Assembly (NCBI RefSeq): GCF_000009045.1
Contig: NC_000964.3
Span: 2,760,001-2,792,000, forward strand
Length of the DNA stretch: 32,000 nucleotides
From: Bacillus subtilis subsp. subtilis str. 168
GTDB lineage: Bacteria; Bacillota; Bacilli; Bacillales; Bacillaceae
Direction: 5' to 3'
Part shown: positions 27,131 through 32,000 of the stretch, piece after piece
Position numbering within the stretch: position 1 is the first letter of the stretch
How the letters are laid out: each line of letters begins with the position of its first letter
The notes under the pieces: generated by a model
What the model was told of the DNA's origin: nothing
Database searches by the model: none
Seen by the model: the letters and a program-made list of their open reading frames with translations, nothing else
Position numbers and translations under genes: made by a program

Positions 27131-27825
27131 TAATGAATTCGTTTGATCACCTTTAACACAAGCTCTGTTGAATGAACAGCCGCCTGCTCTAAAAATTGGT
27201 CAAATGAAACATGTGATTCTTTGCCTGCGATATCTGATAACGCTCTGATGACGACAAACGGCGTTTTAAATTGATGGCATACTTGAGCCACTGCCGCAGC
27301 CTCCATTTCAACCGCGTACAGATCAGAAAATCTCGCACGCACCTCTTCAACCCGCTTCGGATCGTTCATGAAAGAATCGCCTGTTGCAATCGTTCCTTTT
27401 GCAACCTGAATGCCGTCGAGTTCAGATACCGCTTCTTCAGTGATGCTGATCAGCTTTTCATCCGCCGCATAAGCAGCCGGAAGACCCGGCACTTGGCCGT
27501 ATTCATAGTCAAAAGCCGTTACGTCTACATCATGGTGGCGAACGTCAGTGGAAATGACGACATCCCCTACATTCAATGTATGATGAAATCCGCCGGCTGA
27601 GCCTGTGTTAATGACATAATCAGGCTTGTAACGGTCAAGCAGAAGCGTCGTGCTGATAGCAGCATTTACTTTTCCAATTCCTGATTTTAAAAGAATCACT
27701 TCAGTTCCTTCATATTCGCCTGTTGTAAATTCACAGTGTGCGATCGTTTCTGTTTTTGCATTTTCAAGTTTGTTTCTTAAGATGGTAACTTCCTCTTCCA
27801 TTGCTCCGATGACTGCTAGTCTCAT
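27130..27825 (-). CDS. mtnN: 5'-methylthioadenosine/S-adenosylhomocysteine nucleosidase
   Basis: 231 aa ORF of the MTA/SAH nucleosidase family ([12 protein letters not shown]..., [20 protein letters not shown]). Confidence 0.95.
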   Translation of the reverse strand: MRLAVIGAMEEEVTILRNKLENAKTETIAHCEFTTGEYEGTEVILLKSGIGKVNAAISTTLLLDRYKPDYVINTGSAGGFHHTLNVGDVVISTDVRHHDVDVTAFDYEYGQVPGLPAAYAADEKLISITEEAVSELDGIQVAKGTIATGDSFMNDPKRVEEVRARFSDLYAVEMEAAAVAQVCHQFKTPFVVIRALSDIAGKESHVSFDQFLEQAAVHSTELVLKVIKRIH

Positions 27826-27845
27826 CTATTCACATTCCCTTCACT

Positions 27846-28487
27846 TTACCGTTTGATCGCCTCCATTATCCACACGAAGTCGTTTTGCTGAGTGAATCGG
27901 ACTGCAAAACCTTCAGCTGTAAACATTTCTTTCAACGCATCCAATGTAGGATAATGCTCTGTCTCTAAATCATTTGCAAGCTGATAAAAGCCTTGAGAAC
28001 GGGCTTTATCGATAGCCTGTTGATACGCTTGCGCATTTTCAAAGACGGTATCGGCAAACACTATTTTATCATGCAAGTGAAGGTATTTGCCATATTGCTT
28101 TATGGCAGCCCGCTTTTCTTCGTCAGTCAAATGATGAAAAGCATATGAACTGACAATCGTATCAGCCTGAAATGGCGGCTCAGGGAATGTCAGGAAGTCT
28201 CCATCAACGATTTCCGTCCTGCCTGAGAGCTTGTCAGAAGCCAGTTTACGCATTGCTGGAGAAGGTTCGATTCCAAATACAGTTTTGCCTGCATCGAGCA
28301 GCTTAGCTGTCAAATTCCCGGTCCCCGGGCCAAATTCTAACACATGCGTTCCAGATTTTCTGACGATGGCATCAAGGATATGATCGTAGCCTCTGAACGC
28401 TTCTTTATACTGAATATCTAAACCTTGTACTGTTTGATCATAAGTTGCTGCCCAATCTTCAAAGAGAGGGATAAATTCACGGCCCAT
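27846..28487 (-). CDS. yrrT: SAM-dependent methyltransferase YrrT
   Basis: Methyltransferase motif I (VLEFGPGTGNLT). The ATG at 28487 is 8 nt after GGAGTG and gives 213 aa (MGREFIPLFEDW). The GTG of the track ORF overlaps the SD. Confidence 0.9.
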   Translation of the reverse strand: MGREFIPLFEDWAATYDQTVQGLDIQYKEAFRGYDHILDAIVRKSGTHVLEFGPGTGNLTAKLLDAGKTVFGIEPSPAMRKLASDKLSGRTEIVDGDFLTFPEPPFQADTIVSSYAFHHLTDEEKRAAIKQYGKYLHLHDKIVFADTVFENAQAYQQAIDKARSQGFYQLANDLETEHYPTLDALKEMFTAEGFAVRFTQQNDFVWIMEAIKR

Positions 28488-28509
28488 ATTTGTCACACTC
28501 CATATTTAA

Positions 28510-28536
28510 TAATTCCTATAAGTATACTATGGATTA
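28510..28536 (-). promoter_or_regulatory. CymR operator upstream of yrrT
   Basis: The reverse strand reads TAATCCATAGTATACTTATAGGAATTA. This fits every specified position of the 27 bp CymR motif as I recall it (TAAWNCN2ANTWNAN3ATMGGAATTW). It lies between the candidate -10 element and the yrrT start. Confidence 0.75.
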
Positions 28537-28553
28537 ATGATGGAACAGTTCCT

Positions 28554-28562
28554 ATAATACCA
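28554..28562 (-). promoter_or_regulatory. Candidate extended -10 promoter element for the yrrT-mtnN-mccAB operon
   Basis: The reverse strand reads TGGTATTAT (TGn plus TATTAT). I found no good -35 element. The CymR box begins about 18 nt downstream. Confidence 0.45.
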
Positions 28563-28679
28563 CATATTCTGAAAAGCAGGTACTAAAACACTTTGTGTAT
28601 TTTATGCCATCTCATATTGCGCATTGACCGCAAAAAAGCTTATACTTCATATGACTTGTGAAAGCTGGAGGGTCAAGAC

Positions 28680-28883
28680 ATGAATTTTCAATTAGATCTG
28701 ATTAAAGACAAAGTGGAATTTTTTGAAGCGGCTTCATTGCAGGAGCTTGAAAAGAAAATCAATACACAAATTGAAAACAATAAAGCCATCATGCTCCGGG
28801 TGAAATCTGTTTCACACCAAACTCTTGTGGCAGAAGGAAGAATATTGTACAGCGCGGTGGTTCATTTCTCAGCTGAAGCCTAA
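28680..28883 (+). CDS. yrzA: Small conserved protein YrzA
   Basis: 67 aa ORF. SD GGAGGG is 7 nt upstream. A strong terminator follows directly. Confidence 0.85.
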   Translation: MNFQLDLIKDKVEFFEAASLQELEKKINTQIENNKAIMLRVKSVSHQTLVAEGRILYSAVVHFSAEA

Positions 28884-28922
28884 AACAAAAGCAGCCGGTT
28901 TTAACCCGGCTGCTTTTGTTTA
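28884..28922. terminator. Bidirectional terminator between convergent yrzA and yrrS
   Basis: AAAAGCAGCCGG-ttttaa-CCCGGCTGCTTTT, flanked by an A-rich run and then TGTTTATTTT. It overlaps the yrrS stop. Confidence 0.88.
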
Positions 28923-29621
28923 TTTTAGCTTTTCTACTTTTGTCGGCTTCCAGCCTTTTTCATCGACCCATGTAATCGTGACTTGATATTTATTCCCAGT
29001 CGCCTTGTCCAAAATCTTGCCTTTGGCATCCTGAGGGCTGCCGTTATTTCCAAGCCAGAGCACCGTCATGTTATCTGTTGAGACACCAGTTGCGTACGAA
29101 ATGGCTTTCAGCATCTCAGCCCAGTCTTGTGAGCTTGAATCATAAGTAGCGGCATGCTCGCCAGTCTGCTCAGTTCCGACTGCTTTCCAGTCAGGATTTT
29201 CATACGTTTTTTCCACATCGCTCGATGAGCCGCCTTCTGTTACTTTTGCATCTTTAAGCCCGTCACCGGCTGAATCTGAGCTTGAATCTGAATCAGAGTC
29301 ATCTTTTTTAGAAGAAGAATCATCTTTTTTGGAATCAGAGTCAGAAGACTTCTCAGAATCCTTTTCGCTGTCAGATGTATCTTTCTTGCTGTCTTTTATA
29401 TCCTCATCCGATTTCTTTTCCGTCTTTCCTGAAGCCGGAGATTCCTGTTTTTGCGCCGTTTCAGAATCCTTGCTGACATCTTTGCTAGAAGGACTGTTAA
29501 TGAAGAGATTCGCTGCTACTACGACAATTAGTATGGATACGATTGCGATTAAAATGTTAAGCACTAAATTGGCTTTTCTGCGTTTATCACGATTTTCATA
29601 ACGAGATTGATTATTGCTCAA
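28920..29621 (-). CDS. yrrS: Membrane-anchored protein YrrS (DUF1510-like) with an acidic Ser/Asp/Lys-rich linker
   Basis: 233 aa ORF with a TTG start 8 nt after AAAGGAGTG. It has one N-terminal TM segment (LVLNILIAIVSILIVVVAANLFI), a low-complexity region of about 90 aa, and a conserved C-terminal domain. Confidence 0.88.
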   Translation of the reverse strand: MSNNQSRYENRDKRRKANLVLNILIAIVSILIVVVAANLFINSPSSKDVSKDSETAQKQESPASGKTEKKSDEDIKDSKKDTSDSEKDSEKSSDSDSKKDDSSSKKDDSDSDSSSDSAGDGLKDAKVTEGGSSSDVEKTYENPDWKAVGTEQTGEHAATYDSSSQDWAEMLKAISYATGVSTDNMTVLWLGNNGSPQDAKGKILDKATGNKYQVTITWVDEKGWKPTKVEKLK

Positions 29622-29685
29622 TAATTCTGCACTCCTTTATCCCTCTTGGCTCAGCATATATTTTAACATGTGCTGAGAAGTTGTT

Positions 29686-31440
29686 CTATTTCTGATTGAT
29701 TTCAATTTCGTGTACTTTTTTAACAATATCATAAAACACCGAATTTGTCAGAGCCTTATCTCCCGGTGTATCCATGTGTAAAACAACTAGAGCGTATTTC
29801 GGCTTATCCGCGGGAAAATATCCGGCAAACCATTTTTCGTAGAGCGTTTCCTTCTCTTTTGAAAGCTTGCCTGTCTGGGCTGTGCCCGACTTCCCTGCTA
29901 CAGTATACGGAAGATCTTGAAACCTTCTGCCCGTTCCGGAAGGAGATTCTACTACCCGCCGCAGTATTTTTTGAAGCTGCTGTGACGTATATTTGTCTAT
30001 CGTTTCCCCTTTGAGCTTCTGATCTTTAAACGTAACGAGCGTTGTGCCGTTCTTATACTCAATTTGTTCGGCAATTTTCACCTGCCGTTTTTCTCCGCCG
30101 CGGGCGATTGTCGCCATCATATTGGCTACCTCCAGCGGCGTTACCTTTACATTTTTCTGCCCGATTGCTGTTTGCGCAATGGCTTTTTTGACTGATTTGT
30201 CTTTTTCATCCCCCCAAATCACGCCGCTTTTTTCGTTATACAGCTGGCGGAAATCGGTTTCGTGGTACAGTTTTCCCTCCCAGCCTGCCCGATCAGTGAG
30301 AGCCAGCTTCTCGGACATATCTTCAATAACCGAGCTGTCTTTTTTCATTAATTGTTCTGCAAGACTCGTAAATGTGTAATTACAGCTTTGGGCAAAACTT
30401 TCATCAAAAGACAAGGTGCCTTTGTCGTCCCCCGGTTCCCCGTACAGGTTTAAATTGCAATTAAAGGTTTGACTAGGCTTCACCATATTATTTTCGATTG
30501 CAGCTGCGGCAATGACTGTTTTAAAAACTGATCCGGGATAGATTGGCGTCAGCATATAATTTTGAAGTGTGTTTTGCCGGGACACGTCTGCATCTGGTTT
30601 GCTTACAATTCCCAGAACACTGCTATTTTCGATGTCCAGCAGCACAGCTCCTCCCTTTTTCAGCCCCTGTTCATCCAATACCTCCTCCATCGCTTTTTGA
30701 ATGCTTTGATCGATCGTTGTTTTGATCTGGAGCGGATAAAATGTATTGGCTTCAGCTGTATATTTGACGTCCATGCCAAACAAAGGGTTTCCTTTTCCGT
30801 CCACATGATATAAAAGCTTTGTGTCTTGTTCCGGAAGCAAAAACTCGTCAAATGTCCGTTCTAAACCGGTTGTTCCGATTTCTGTTGTAATCGGAAGGCT
30901 CTCCTTGTCAGGATATTTCTTGCGAAGCAGCGCCGGATCTTGGTTCGTGCTCCCTATCGTATGTGAAGCAAGGCTGGGCTTGTCTTCATTCTCCATATAT
31001 ACGCCGTAAATGCCGGGATATTTCAAAGAATTGATTTTTGTGATAGATTGTTTTGAAAGTGTTTTGATTTTCTTTTGCTGCAAAATGACCGGTTTTTTTG
31101 CCTGACCTAGTGTCTGGCGCAAATCATCTTCAGACATGCCGAGGATGTCCGCAACTTTTTTGATCGGCCAATCCTGCGTCAGCAGAAAAGGGAACAAAAC
31201 AACCGCAGGCTCGCTTTGTCCTGTCAGCGCCCGCCCGTTTCGATCTAAAAAAGAGCCTCTTCCATCTGAAATGAGCACTTCCTCCGTCCGCTGTTTCACA
31301 CTTTCTTGAATCAAATTAATTTTCTTTTTAGAAAATGATTCTGTGAAAAACAGCTGGATTTCTGCAAGTCTCAGCAGAAGCAGAAAAAATACAATCAAAA
31401 AAGCGATGACTGCCAGCTTCATTCGTTTCGATATCTTCAT
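29686..31440 (-). CDS. pbpI: Class B penicillin-binding protein PbpI (YrrR)
   Basis: N-terminal TM anchor. The transpeptidase domain has SVFK (SxxK), SCN (SxN) and KSGT (KTG-type) motifs. The ATG at 31440 is 7 nt after GGTGAGGTG and gives 584 aa ([11 protein letters not shown]). Confidence 0.92.
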
Positions 31441-31478
31441 AAAAAAACACCTCACCCACATTGTGGACGAGGTGTTTC
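31441..31478 (-). terminator. greA intrinsic terminator (its 3' arm contains the pbpI SD)
   Basis: The reverse strand reads AAACACCTC-gtCCACAatgTGGgt-GAGGTGTTT followed by TTTT and then the pbpI ATG. It begins 15 nt after the greA stop. Confidence 0.75.
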
Positions 31479-31493
31479 GCTGCTAAACAGATA

Positions 31494-31967
31494 TTATGAA
31501 ATTTTCACAATTTTCACGAGCATTTCTCCGCCCGGTGTTTGTACTGTGACTTCTTCATCTACTTTTTTGCCCAAGAGGCTTTTTGCGATCGGTGAATCGT
31601 TTGAGATTTTCCCTTCAAACGGGTCAGCTTCCGCGCTTCCGACGATCGTATATGATTCTTCATCACCGTCAGGCAGTTCGACGAAAGTGACGGTTTTACC
31701 CAAACCGACAACGTTAGAGCCGCCGTCATCTTCAATGATTTTCGCATTGCGAATCATATTTTCAAGAGTCGTCACGCGGCCCTCTACAAATGCCTGCTCT
31801 TCTTTCGCTGAATCGTATTCAGAGTTCTCGGAAAGGTCTCCGAAGCTTCTCGCAATTTTGATTCGCTCTACTACTTCTTTTCGTTTAACCGTTTTCAAAT
31901 ATTCTAATTCTTGTTCAAGTTTTTGTTTTCCTTCTGCAGTCATAGGAAAAACTTTCTCTTGTGCCAT
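31494..31967 (-). CDS. greA: Transcription elongation/cleavage factor GreA
   Basis: 157 aa ORF. The N-terminal coiled-coil carries the acidic tip ([16 protein letters not shown]) and is followed by the C-terminal globular domain. SD GAAGGAGTGAAGGGA is upstream. Confidence 0.95.
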   Translation of the reverse strand: MAQEKVFPMTAEGKQKLEQELEYLKTVKRKEVVERIKIARSFGDLSENSEYDSAKEEQAFVEGRVTTLENMIRNAKIIEDDGGSNVVGLGKTVTFVELPDGDEESYTIVGSAEADPFEGKISNDSPIAKSLLGKKVDEEVTVQTPGGEMLVKIVKIS

Positions 31968-32000
31968 GTCCCTTCACTCCTTCTGGTTGTCCCTCAACAT

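Noticed and set aside
31441-31500. SigF/SigG-type sporulation promoter for pbpI in the greA-pbpI spacer
   Set aside because: I searched for GCATA/GTATA-N15-GGnnAnAHT (SigF) and GnATR-N18-CATnnTA (SigG) patterns. I found only weak partial matches (GTTTA-N18-CACAATG) that would leave almost no leader. These are not reportable as a feature.

Overview
This window reads as a core chromosomal segment of Bacillus subtilis (168-like). I identified it from recalled protein sequences and gene order, not from a database search. Gene order: sacC' (5' end only), levG-F-E-D (sigma-54-dependent fructose/mannose-family PTS), levR, aapA, yrhP, yrhO, sigV-rsiV-oatA-yrhK (lysozyme-stress ECF operon), the SigD-dependent sRNA RnaC/S1022, cypB (CYP102A3 P450-reductase fusion) with its TetR repressor bscR/fatR, yrhH, a micro-ORF operon around yrzI, yrhG (formate/nitrite channel), yrhF, yrhE-yrhD (molybdopterin formate-dehydrogenase-like enzyme plus DUF1641 partner), yrhC, mccB-mccA-mtnN-yrrT (methionine-to-cysteine recycling, CymR-controlled), yrzA, yrrS-pbpI and greA. 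I saw no rRNA, tRNA, CRISPR array, transposase, integrase or prophage signature, so this is not an obvious accessory island. Several six-frame ORFs carry false N-terminal extensions; I corrected their starts using Shine-Dalgarno (SD) spacing (levD, levR, yrhP, oatA, yrhK, cypB, bscR, yrhH, yrhE, yrhC, mccB, yrrT, pbpI). Three things deserve a second look. (1) The ~1 kb gap 18.5-19.4 kb looks empty in the ORF track, but its minus strand carries a promoter, four SD-equipped micro-ORFs (38, 49, 17 and 52 codons) and a terminator. (2) Strong intrinsic terminators sit between the predicted promoters and the SDs of both yrhG and yrhE, which suggests conditional termination control of the formate module. 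(3) The 716 bp levR-aapA gap has no ORF but may encode a small minus-strand transcript. All other regulatory sites reported here match known consensus sequences by eye.
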